From an uncultured Oscillospiraceae bacterium (GTDB taxonomy: Bacteria > Bacillota > Clostridia > Oscillospirales > Acutalibacteraceae): a stretch of 64,000 bases of DNA. The DNA lies in NCBI GenBank assembly GCA_905193225.1, contig CAJJNV010000008.1:5860-69859 (forward strand). Reading direction: 5' to 3'. Shown piece by piece: positions 54,688 to 63,694 of the stretch. Every line of letters starts with the position of its first letter. The first letter of the stretch is position 1. The notes under the pieces are model-generated. The model was not told the DNA's origin. It did no database searches and saw only the letters and a list, made by a program, of their open reading frames with translations. A program made the position numbers and the translations under genes.

Positions 54688-56724
54688 ATGGAAAAAATCA
54701 TTAACATTGTCATCGACGGAAAGGCCGTTTGCGCAAAGGAAGGCCAGACCGTTTTAAAGGCGGCGGCCGATGCCGGAATAGAGATTCCCACCCTTTGTCA
54801 GAACGAAACGGTCAAGGTATACGGTGCCTGCGGACTGTGCGTTGTGGAGGCCGAAGGAATTCCAAAACTGTTGCGTGCCTGCTCGGCAAAGGTCAGCGAG
54901 GGAATGGTCATTCACACCCACTCAAAGCGGGTCGACCAGTCCCGCAAGATAGCTCTCGAGCTGCTTATGAGCGATCACGAGGGCGATTGCATAGGCCCCT
55001 GTTCTCTCAACTGTCCGGCCCACACCGATTGCCAGGAATATGTCAAACAAATAGCCCTCGGCAACGACAAAAAGGCGGTTGAGGTCATCAAGGAAAGAAT
55101 ACCCCTTCCCCGCTCCATCGGCAGAGTATGTCCCCATCCCTGTGAGACCGCCTGCCGCAGAAAAAATGTTGAGCAGCCCATTTCCATATGCTCACTTAAA
55201 GCCTTTGCGGCCGACAAAAACAAAAATTCAGACGACCGCTTTATCCCCGAGATCAGCGCCCCCACGGGAAAGACGGTGGGAATTATCGGAGGAGGCCCCG
55301 GAGGACTTACCGCCGCATATTTCCTTGCGCTGAAAGGCCATAAGGTAACAGTTTACGATATGATGCCAAGAATGGGTGGAATGCTCCGTTACGGAATTCC
55401 CGAATACCGTCTGCCCAAGGCCGTTTTAGACTCCGAAATCGCCGACATTGCCTCTCTCGGAGTGGAATTTAAAAACAACTTTAAAATCGGAAAAGACGCG
55501 AGCTTTGAAGATATAAAATCGCAGCACAACGCCGTTATTGTCGCCATCGGAGCCTGGAAGAGCATGGGACTCAGATGCGGTGGAGCAGAACTTTCGGGAG
55601 TTTACGGAGGAATTGATTTCCTTGAAGCGGTAGCCCTTAAAAAGGCTCCCGAAATCGGCAAAAGCGTGGCTGTGATCGGCGGAGGAAACACCGCAATGGA
55701 CGCCTGCCGCACGGCGGTACGACTGGGCGCAGAAAAGGTATACGTTGTATACCGCCGCACCCGTGCCGAAATGCCGGCCGAGGACATTGAAATCGAGGAA
55801 GCAATGGAAGAGGGCGTGGAATTTAAATTTCTCACAAATCCCGATACCATTTTGGGCGAAAACGGCCGTGTTTCCGGTATCAAGCTTCAGGTTATGGAGC
55901 TTGGCGAGCCTGACGAAAGCGGACGCCGCTCCCCTGTTGCGGTTGAAGGCAAGTTTGAACAGATAAGTGTTGATTCGGTCATCTCGGCTCTCGGCCAGCG
56001 CATAAGTGCCGAAGGCTTTGAAGAAATCGAAAAGAACGTCAAAGGCAACATTGCCGCCGACGAAGGCACATATAAGACCAATCTCGACGGCGTTTTTGCC
56101 GTGGGCGACGCCACAAACAAGGGTGCATTTATCGCTATCGACGCCATCGGCGAGGCAGGACGGTGCGCCGTAATCTGCGATGCCTTCCTTCACGGTGTTG
56201 ATGTTTATTACAAAAAGCCCTTCGTTTCCGAGCGCAAGGCAGAGGACATCGATTTTTCGGAATATAAAAAAGCTCCCCGCGCCAAAATGCCCACAAGACC
56301 CGCAAACGAACGCAAAAAGGATTTCGGCGAAGTGGCACTGGGCTTTTCGGACGAGCAGGCAAGAGAGGAAGCAAAGCGCTGTCTCGAATGCGGATGCCAC
56401 GATTACGGTCACTGCAAGCTAATTAAATATGCAAACGATTATCCCATAAGTCCCGCAAGACTGGGTGAAGAGAAGCATCCCTGTTTTGTCGAACACCGCC
56501 TTAATGTTATCGAGCGCAATCAGGGAAAATGCATTCTTTGCGGACTTTGCGTGAGAATATGTGATGAGGTTGCAAAGCAGGGCATTCTCGGACTTGTCGG
56601 ACGCGGATTTACAACCGTTATTAAGCCCGAGTTCAACAAACCCGAAACCATAGCCATCTGCGCTTCCTGCAAAAAGTGCGCCGAAGGCTGTCCCACAGGC
56701 GCCCTTAAAATAATCAAAAAGTAA
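54688..56724 (+). CDS. fusion of [2Fe-2S]/[4Fe-4S] HydA-N-terminal-like Fe-S domains with a GltD-like NAD(P)H:FAD oxidoreductase domain, no H-cluster (StnC-like)
   Basis: N-terminal 2Fe-2S (CQNETVKVYGACGLC) and CxxC clusters. GIIGGGPGGLTAAYFL and AVIGGGNTAMD dinucleotide-binding motifs of glutamate-synthase-beta-like proteins. C-terminal 4Fe-4S. GGAGGTG RBS + ATG at 54688 (track ORF starts 54622). Confidence 0.75.
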   Translation: MEKIINIVIDGKAVCAKEGQTVLKAAADAGIEIPTLCQNETVKVYGACGLCVVEAEGIPKLLRACSAKVSEGMVIHTHSKRVDQSRKIALELLMSDHEGDCIGPCSLNCPAHTDCQEYVKQIALGNDKKAVEVIKERIPLPRSIGRVCPHPCETACRRKNVEQPISICSLKAFAADKNKNSDDRFIPEISAPTGKTVGIIGGGPGGLTAAYFLALKGHKVTVYDMMPRMGGMLRYGIPEYRLPKAVLDSEIADIASLGVEFKNNFKIGKDASFEDIKSQHNAVIVAIGAWKSMGLRCGGAELSGVYGGIDFLEAVALKKAPEIGKSVAVIGGGNTAMDACRTAVRLGAEKVYVVYRRTRAEMPAEDIEIEEAMEEGVEFKFLTNPDTILGENGRVSGIKLQVMELGEPDESGRRSPVAVEGKFEQISVDSVISALGQRISAEGFEEIEKNVKGNIAADEGTYKTNLDGVFAVGDATNKGAFIAIDAIGEAGRCAVICDAFLHGVDVYYKKPFVSERKAEDIDFSEYKKAPRAKMPTRPANERKKDFGEVALGFSDEQAREEAKRCLECGCHDYGHCKLIKYANDYPISPARLGEEKHPCFVEHRLNVIERNQGKCILCGLCVRICDEVAKQGILGLVGRGFTTVIKPEFNKPETIAICASCKKCAEGCPTGALKIIKK

Positions 56725-57055
56725 CCGGGTATTTAAAGGCACTTCATAAATTCAATAAAAGATTATGCGGTCGTAAAATTTCTCGGCCGCTTTTCTTTTG
56801 CGGGTCTGCCGATTACCTTTGCCGGTTGATTTTTTTATACTTGCTGCGCTTCTTTTTATCCCACTTTTTCCCTTTATAACCGTCTATCTGTTTTTGAAAC
56901 CTCTTTTCATTTCCTAAACTTTTTTTGTTTCTAAAACCTTTTTTCCGCTTTGAAACGCTTGCCTTTTTCTTCCGACAAAAAACACTTGTAATTCTTTTAC
57001 GGTTATTGTATAATTTATTTTGTCGAATTATGTGCCGTAAAGGAGGTCTGTAATC

Positions 57056-58018
57056 GTGAACAAAACAATCGACAGTTTTGAGGAGACAAAAACCGAAGAA
57101 ATATCGGCTGACGCTCCGAAGGTTTCACTTGCAGAAAAGCCAAAGCGCAAACGCCGCTTCGGCGACCGATACGACGGTTATCGCGTTAAAAAGCTGGACA
57201 CCCAGTTCTGGATCGTTCCAAACATTATGAGAACCAGAACCGACAGTCAGGTCTTTTTTAACGAGGTCATAGGGGTCGGAGAGCTCGACCGCTATATCCA
57301 CAAAAAGCGTGAAGGTGAAATTCCCAATCTTCGTATGATACACGTTATCATTGCCGCCACCATCCGCCTTTTTGCCGAACGCCCGAGACTTAACCGTTTT
57401 ATCGCAGGAAAAAAGATTTTTGCCCATAACAACATCCGCCTGTCAATGTCCATCAAGCGGTCGATGACCGACGACGGCGAGGAGACCGAGATTCTTCCGG
57501 TATTTGAACCGACCGACACGCTTTATGACGTTGTCAGAAAATTCGAGGACGCCCTTTCCGAAAGCATTGAGGAAGCAACCAAACAAAACAACAACACAGA
57601 CAAGGTGGCCGGCGCTTTAAGCCACATTCCCACCTGGCTCAAAAGTTTTGTGGTTTTTGCCATCCGCAATCTCGACAAGATCGGTCTTATGCCCAAGATG
57701 ATATACCACGCAAGTCCCTTCCATTCCAGCGTTTTCATCACCGATGTAGGCAGCCTTGGTATCGACTCGATCTATCATCATCTTTACGAATTCGGAACCA
57801 CATCCTGCTTTATTGCAATGGGCAAAAAGCAGTTTGTTCCATTCGTCCGTCCCGACGGAACCCTCGGACAGCGAAAGATTATAAACTTCCGCTTTGTACT
57901 CGACGAACGCATTTGCGACGGATATTATTACGCCGCATCAATCAAGAAATTCCGTCGGTACATAAAGCATCCCGAGCTTCTTGAACTGCCCCCCGAGAAC
58001 CTTCCCGACGAGATATAA
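57056..58018 (+). CDS. 2-oxoacid dehydrogenase E2 catalytic-domain-like (CAT-fold) protein; GTG start
   Basis: C-terminal LDERICDGYYYAASIKKF aligns to the E2 DHRxxDG motif but with Glu in place of the catalytic His. AAAGGAGG RBS. Upstream TTGTAA-17-TGTATAAT promoter. Confidence 0.5.
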   Translation: MNKTIDSFEETKTEEISADAPKVSLAEKPKRKRRFGDRYDGYRVKKLDTQFWIVPNIMRTRTDSQVFFNEVIGVGELDRYIHKKREGEIPNLRMIHVIIAATIRLFAERPRLNRFIAGKKIFAHNNIRLSMSIKRSMTDDGEETEILPVFEPTDTLYDVVRKFEDALSESIEEATKQNNNTDKVAGALSHIPTWLKSFVVFAIRNLDKIGLMPKMIYHASPFHSSVFITDVGSLGIDSIYHHLYEFGTTSCFIAMGKKQFVPFVRPDGTLGQRKIINFRFVLDERICDGYYYAASIKKFRRYIKHPELLELPPENLPDEI

Positions 58019-58547
58019 GCCCGTCGCAGTAATTTAAGCAAATCTAAAAAGGTAAATTTCTTAAAAGAAATTAAAAACAACCAACGGATATGAAAAATCA
58101 TATCCGTTTTTTTCCGAAATAAGGAAAGGCTTTTGTCGATACCTCACAAAAAAATACAAATTTTCATTGATTTTTTTCTTTATGCGTGATATACTTAGAC
58201 AAAGCTGAGAATACGTCTCACAGCAAGTGCATCGGCCGTCGGCCGCCAAAAGGATGTTGAAAGCCCAACCGGCAGCGCATATGACGGAATGTGTTTTGAG
58301 CAGCATAAGCAACGGACGGTATTTCCCAGCGCGATCTGCGGCATTACCGCGGCAGCACCGCACCTGCGTTGCAGCACCACAAGCATATACCGCAGCATAA
58401 CCATGGCGTATACCACGGCAAATCATCAGCGCAAGCCATCGGTGCACATCATCGGCACATTCTCAGCAAATATCAGCGGCACATTCAAAAAGCAAAATCC
58501 CCGGGTTCCCTATCCGCGGTAAAATCGGCGGCAGTAAAGCCGGCAAC

Positions 58548-58640
58548 AGCCCAGCCGCGCAACGGACGATTTGACCTAAGCCCAGCCGCGCAACGGACGA
58601 TTTGACCTAAGCCCAGCCGCGCAACGGACAAGTTGGCCGA
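58548..58640. repeat. 32-bp tandem repeat, about 2.6 copies (AGCCCAGCCGCGCAACGGACGATTTGACCTAA), about 100 bp upstream of the amidase gene
   Basis: Two perfect copies plus a diverging third. Confidence 0.8.
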
Positions 58641-58735
58641 AATTAACCACGTTACGGACAAATCCGAGCAAGGCAGCAACCGAACAACGCATCATCTCAC
58701 AGGCCGTAAACGGCCAAACCACAGGAGGAAGACTT

Positions 58736-60928
58736 ATGAAAAAAACCGCTTTACAAAAAAAACTATTGGTCTTGTTTTTGGCAATCGGCGTTGCTTTTAC
58801 GTCGCTGCCGCTATCCTGTCTTGTCGCGTCGGCCGACGACACCGCCGCTCTGCCGAAGATCTGGCTTGACGCAGGTCACGGCGGAAGCGATCCCGGTGCC
58901 ATGAACGGCGACCGTCACGAGGCCGATGATAACCTGCGGGTAACCCTCGCCGTAGGCGCAAAACTTGAAGCAGCCGGCTTTGACGTGGGGTATTCAAGAA
59001 CCACCGACGTGTATGTTGATCTGGGCGACCGCGTGCCTATGGCAAAGCGGTATGGCGCCGATTTCGTCATCAGCTTTCACAGAAATTCTGCCGACAACCC
59101 CGCCGCCACCGGCCTTGAAACCTACTATCATTTTAAAGAAACCACCGCTTCGACGGCATATAAGCTTGCAAACACCCTTCAGATAAATATTCAGGCCATA
59201 ACCGGATGGGCAAACCGCGGCACCAAGGCCGACGGCGATCCCAGTGCCGGAGATACCGGCCTTCGCATAACAAGAAACTCGTGGGAAAACGGCATTGCCG
59301 GAGCTCTTATCGAGCTTGGATTTATCAGCAACGATTCCGACAATGCGATTTACGACGAAAAATTCGACGAGATGGTCACCGGTCTTGCAACGGCAATTTC
59401 CGAAACTGCCGGCGGACAGGAAATTTCCGATGCCATTAAGCCCTATGAAAAGAACGGCGAGCTCTATCTCACCGATTGTGATTCTCTCACCGGATGGTGG
59501 ACCGCCCCCGATACCGAAATAAACCTTGAGCCAAGCGACATCGGCGACGGCAATGTCATCCATATGAAGAATCCCACCTCGTATAAAGATCATCCCGCCG
59601 CAGTGGGAGCAATGGCCTTCCTTGACTTTGACCACGGTTATCAGGCAGACCTCTCAAAGTATAACAAGCTGCGTTTTTACCTCTGGAGCAGCATCGACTA
59701 TGCAAACGACATCGATCGCCGCTATCTCGACGTTTTCCAGGTAAACCTCGTTACCCGCACCGAGGCCGGTCACGGAATCGAGCAGGACGGCTATAACATT
59801 CCCATTCTCGGCGCATACATTCAAAAGGGCTGGAATGATTTCGTAATCACTCTTGACGAAGGTTACAAGGTGGTCAACACGGCCGACAAAACAAAGATCC
59901 ACCGTCTCCGTTTTTCCTGGTTCAACAATTCCAATGGCGACAATGTTGAATTTAAAATCGACAACGTAAGATGCTATTACGCCGACGACGTCAAATCTCT
60001 TTGCTCCTGCAAAAAGGACACCGAAGATGTTTTTGACTTCTGCGGCAACGAGCACAGCGCCGAAAACGACATTCTGACCGTAAACGGGCAGACGGTCACC
60101 GATTCCTATCCCGGCAAGGACAGCGTTATAAACTCCTTCTATGCAAGGGTCGGAAAAAATTACGGTGACACCGATTATACCAGAAGCTTCAACTACACAA
60201 AATATTATTCTCAGTTTGAGATGATGGTTCTTTCGGAAAAGGAAAACACCATTTTCGTATCCCACGGGAACGAGAAGAACAATATGGAATGGCAGTTCCC
60301 GAGCTCGGTCAATGTGACGGCCGGCAAATGGCAAAGAGCCGAGATCAAGATGTCCGACATCGGCGCCAACGCTCTTCTGGGAGACTGCAAATACGGTCTT
60401 GACAACGTAAACCTGCTCCATTTTGCCCAAGCCGAAAAGGGCGTCCTGCAAATAAAGAATATGGTGCTTGTAACCGAGGAATACGCAAACGAGCGAAGCG
60501 CTACCGAGCAGGCTTTCTTTGAAGCCGTTGAGGCTATTGGCGGAGTTAACGGACGCTCCTATGACATAATCGAGTATGCAAAGGCTTGCAGAATTACCGT
60601 ATCGCAGTTTGTCAATTTTCGCACCGCAAAATTCGAAGCATTCAGCAAGTCTCTTGACGATGCAATTGCCGAATACGAGGATCTTACATCGGCCGCAAAG
60701 GGCGACGTGGACTTGGACGGAGAAATCACCGTAAGTGATGCGCTGCTGGCCCTTCAAACGGTGGTAGGCAGCCGCACCCTCACTCAAAAGGCATTTTACA
60801 CCGCCGACATCGGAAACAAGGGTCAGGTTACCATCACCGATGCTCTGCTCATTCTCCAAACTTCGGTCGGTATGCTGACAAAAGATGATCTGGAAAACTA
60901 TGATCCTTATGCACAGCCGATAGAATAA
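58736..60928 (+). CDS. secreted N-acetylmuramoyl-L-alanine amidase (Amidase_3) with beta-sandwich module, Cys-rich KDTEDVFDFCGNEH module and C-terminal dockerin
   Basis: Signal peptide. LDAGHGGSDPGA...SFHRNS...ALIELGFISN (Amidase_3 zinc site). Dockerin DVDLDGEITVSDALLALQ / DIGNKGQVTITDALLILQ. GGAGGAAG RBS. Confidence 0.8.
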   Translation: MKKTALQKKLLVLFLAIGVAFTSLPLSCLVASADDTAALPKIWLDAGHGGSDPGAMNGDRHEADDNLRVTLAVGAKLEAAGFDVGYSRTTDVYVDLGDRVPMAKRYGADFVISFHRNSADNPAATGLETYYHFKETTASTAYKLANTLQINIQAITGWANRGTKADGDPSAGDTGLRITRNSWENGIAGALIELGFISNDSDNAIYDEKFDEMVTGLATAISETAGGQEISDAIKPYEKNGELYLTDCDSLTGWWTAPDTEINLEPSDIGDGNVIHMKNPTSYKDHPAAVGAMAFLDFDHGYQADLSKYNKLRFYLWSSIDYANDIDRRYLDVFQVNLVTRTEAGHGIEQDGYNIPILGAYIQKGWNDFVITLDEGYKVVNTADKTKIHRLRFSWFNNSNGDNVEFKIDNVRCYYADDVKSLCSCKKDTEDVFDFCGNEHSAENDILTVNGQTVTDSYPGKDSVINSFYARVGKNYGDTDYTRSFNYTKYYSQFEMMVLSEKENTIFVSHGNEKNNMEWQFPSSVNVTAGKWQRAEIKMSDIGANALLGDCKYGLDNVNLLHFAQAEKGVLQIKNMVLVTEEYANERSATEQAFFEAVEAIGGVNGRSYDIIEYAKACRITVSQFVNFRTAKFEAFSKSLDDAIAEYEDLTSAAKGDVDLDGEITVSDALLALQTVVGSRTLTQKAFYTADIGNKGQVTITDALLILQTSVGMLTKDDLENYDPYAQPIE

Positions 60929-60930
60929 CC

Positions 60931-61005
60931 TCCGACATGGTGACATCTGACAGAGTAATATCCGACAGAACTACATCCGACTAAATAACAGTCAGATAGA
61001 ACACA
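60931..61005. repeat. degenerate 15-bp tandem repeat x5 (TCCGACAnnnnnACA) immediately after the amidase stop codon
   Basis: tccgacatggtgaca / tctgacagagtaata / tccgacagaactaca / tccgactaaataaca / gtcagatagaacaca. Followed by terminator GGCGGCCGGAAA...TTTCCGGCCGCTTTTT (61005-61046). Confidence 0.7.
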
Positions 61006-61346
61006 TACAAATCGGGCGGCCGGAAAAACAGTCAATGAATTTCCGGCCGCTTTTTGCAGCAATAAATACCGTACCGGGTAATGAAAAACGCACAGCAGCA
61101 ATTACCGTGGGCAGCAGTAAAAATCCAATACAAAAAACAGGTGATACAATGATTCATAACCCATCGGGAGAAATCGAGTATTCGACAATCGACATTCCCA
61201 AGAAATACGACAAAAAATTTAGATGGTGTTACTCGGCAAATGAACTTGAAAATCAGCTTAAAGGTCATTTCTCTGGAAATATCATCTGATCGGTATATGT
61301 CGATCTTGAAGGGTATCTTGGTTCCTCCCATCACGATACAAATCGA

Positions 61347-61763
61347 GTGGATCTGTCCTTTGAAAACGGCGGATGCATTGTCGCATTTGAAAATGAAATA
61401 CTGTATCTTATAATACACGCCGAAGGATTGTTTAAATATAGTTTTGTTCCCATTGAATCGGTCGTTATTAACAAGGTCAAAGGTCTGCCGCCGAAAGAAT
61501 CCGACAAGCTGCACGGCTGCTTTTTCGACATCGAAAATCACGACACCACCCTTGAATTTACCAATCAAACAGTGGAGGACATAAAGGTGATCGCCACCAA
61601 TTGCCCGGCATTTTTGATCGACGGCGCAGATGCCGCCAAGCTTGAAGTAGCCGCAAAGTCATACGACCTTCCCCGGGAGATCGACATATTCACAAAGAGT
61701 TGTAAAATTCGAATAATAGGCGATGAATTAGAGTATTTCGCCATAAAGCTTGAAAGGATATGA
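61347..61763 (+). CDS. hypothetical protein (138 aa); possibly continuous with the upstream same-frame ORF 61035/61149..61289 across a TGA
   Basis: From ORF track. No recognisable motifs. Hairpin terminator 61869-61920 downstream. Confidence 0.3.
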   Translation: MDLSFENGGCIVAFENEILYLIIHAEGLFKYSFVPIESVVINKVKGLPPKESDKLHGCFFDIENHDTTLEFTNQTVEDIKVIATNCPAFLIDGADAAKLEVAAKSYDLPREIDIFTKSCKIRIIGDELEYFAIKLERI

Positions 61764-62077
61764 GCATTTAATTTTACCGTTACACAGTGCCCGCGATACC
61801 GTCAACGCAGCATTTGAGCGCGTACACAGGGCCTCGTGACATCGTTTCCTTACAAAAAATCCATAACAAAAGACTTCCCATGGGCGCACATCAGCGTGAC
61901 CTTTGGGAAGTCTTTATTTTCTAATCCGATATTATATTTTGGCCGTAATTCAACACTTACGGCGCCGAGGGGCTTTCTGTCCGTTCTATCGGCTGTCTTT
62001 AAATCAAGCCTGTGTCCTTTGACTAAAGCTCGTCTATCGTCTTAAGCAATAGATGGTCGAGCACCGTTGTCTGTTGC

Positions 62078-63694
62078 TTATGCTTCCTTCTCTTTGAGAA
62101 CGATTTCATAAACCGTAATTCCGTTCTGACGGGCAATGACGTAAATTTTTCCGTCGATAACATTGATGCCTTCCGGCTCGGGCGACCAGGAATTCCATTC
62201 GGGCATATCCACCTGGAATTTAAGCTGACCGTTCCAATCGTATATTCTCAGCTCCGAGAAGGTGGCGCCTCCCGCATGAGAACGAACGAAATAGATATAT
62301 TCCGAATCGCAGAAAACGCCCTGAGAAAGGGATGAGGGCTGCGTCACGTCAAATTCGTTGAGCAGCGTCAGATCGCCGTTCCAGGTGTGTACCTTCTGAC
62401 CTGCCGAAAATCCCGACGCATACTTATCAAGCACCGGGCTGTATGCCATAGAGAAAAAATTCCGCTCGCAGGTGCCGCTTGAAATCTCTTTCAATGTATC
62501 GGCGTCGATAAAGGAATATACATTCCAGCCGGGCTGGCAATGGGAAACGAGATAGGCATTCATCTTTGGCACAAAGGTGACATTGTTTCCGTGCTCAATG
62601 TTGAGCTGCTCGCTCCACTTGATTATGCTGCCGTTTTTGTCGTATTCGGCAATTATTCCGACCTCGTTGTTCTGGCGCATGGAGCCTCTTGTCAGCGCGC
62701 AGACAAACTTGGTTCCGTCGAAATATCCGCCCTGAATGTTTGTATAATTTGCATCGGGAGTTTTAAAATTGAGAATCTGCTTATACTCGCCGACGGCGTA
62801 GCTTTTGCCCTCCTCGAGGGTAAGGGTCGAGGAAAAATATTTGGATTTTTCGCCGATACGGGGCCTCTCCCCTACTGCGAAGCTTTTGACTGTTCCGACA
62901 TAATACTGCAGTATGAGAAGTGCGTCCTTCGCCGTGATCTCACCGCTTGCATCCACATCGCAAAGCTGCTTTTGACCATCGTCAAGCTGCACTATTCTGA
63001 CCGCCGTCTGAAGGCCCAAAAGGGCGTCGCTGACATCGATCTCGCCGCTTTTGTTTACGTCTCCGAAGGCGTATTCCGACAGCTTTCCGTCCAAAATGTC
63101 GATGTAATTATCGCTGACCGCAAAGAAATTGTCGAAATAAAGGATCGGCTTAACGTTCTCTTTAAGATTATCTATAAAGGCCAGCTTAACGGCCTTGATG
63201 CTGCTCCAGCTTGCAGTTTTATCCTTAACCGCCACCTGTGTCTTTTTGAAAACGATCTTGTTAAGTCCCTCCGACATTTTGCCGGGTATAACATAGTCAA
63301 AACCGCTGTCGGCCGATTTATCGGGCAAAAAGGAGATGAGAAGGCTGCCGTTATCAAAGCTGTTTTGAGAAAAGACGTCTATGTTAAAATACTCGAATAA
63401 CGAAAGATCTATCTTCCCCACATCCACCTTCATTCCGGCGGCGATTTTATCGTCGCGGTTGCTGGCTAAGATGGGAGACATTTTTGTGGACGACGATCCT
63501 TGAGAAACATATTTTTCATCTGTGTTTTGGGCGATAAGGCAGATGCCGATCCGTTCACAGCTTGGATTATCAAAGCTTTCGATCATCAAATTGCCGAAGG
63601 AATCGGTGCGCTGCGTACCGTTATCCGCGCTGCAAAGAATCACGCCCGACAGCGATAGGCAAACCGCAAGAACAATGCATACAAATTTTTTCAT
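62078..63694 (-). CDS. secreted protein with N-terminal beta-sandwich module, internal dockerin and a C-terminal beta-propeller-like domain
   Basis: Signal peptide MKKFVCIVLAVCLSLSGVILCSA. Dockerin DVNKSGEIDVSDALLGLQ / DVDASGEITAKDALLILQ. C-terminal WNGDL...IYDWNGQL repeats. Start ATG overlaps the stop of the upstream paralog (TGATG). Confidence 0.7.
   Translation of the reverse strand: MKKFVCIVLAVCLSLSGVILCSADNGTQRTDSFGNLMIESFDNPSCERIGICLIAQNTDEKYVSQGSSSTKMSPILASNRDDKIAAGMKVDVGKIDLSLFEYFNIDVFSQNSFDNGSLLISFLPDKSADSGFDYVIPGKMSEGLNKIVFKKTQVAVKDKTASWSSIKAVKLAFIDNLKENVKPILYFDNFFAVSDNYIDILDGKLSEYAFGDVNKSGEIDVSDALLGLQTAVRIVQLDDGQKQLCDVDASGEITAKDALLILQYYVGTVKSFAVGERPRIGEKSKYFSSTLTLEEGKSYAVGEYKQILNFKTPDANYTNIQGGYFDGTKFVCALTRGSMRQNNEVGIIAEYDKNGSIIKWSEQLNIEHGNNVTFVPKMNAYLVSHCQPGWNVYSFIDADTLKEISSGTCERNFFSMAYSPVLDKYASGFSAGQKVHTWNGDLTLLNEFDVTQPSSLSQGVFCDSEYIYFVRSHAGGATFSELRIYDWNGQLKFQVDMPEWNSWSPEPEGINVIDGKIYVIARQNGITVYEIVLKEKEA

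Noticed and set aside
30577-61005. Short tandem repeat arrays considered as CRISPR arrays
   Set aside because: Units are contiguous with no unique spacers. There are only 3-5 copies and no cas genes
62540-63400. 286-aa plus-strand ORF
   Set aside because: Antisense to the dockerin/beta-propeller-like gene, which has a signal peptide and dockerin on the minus strand
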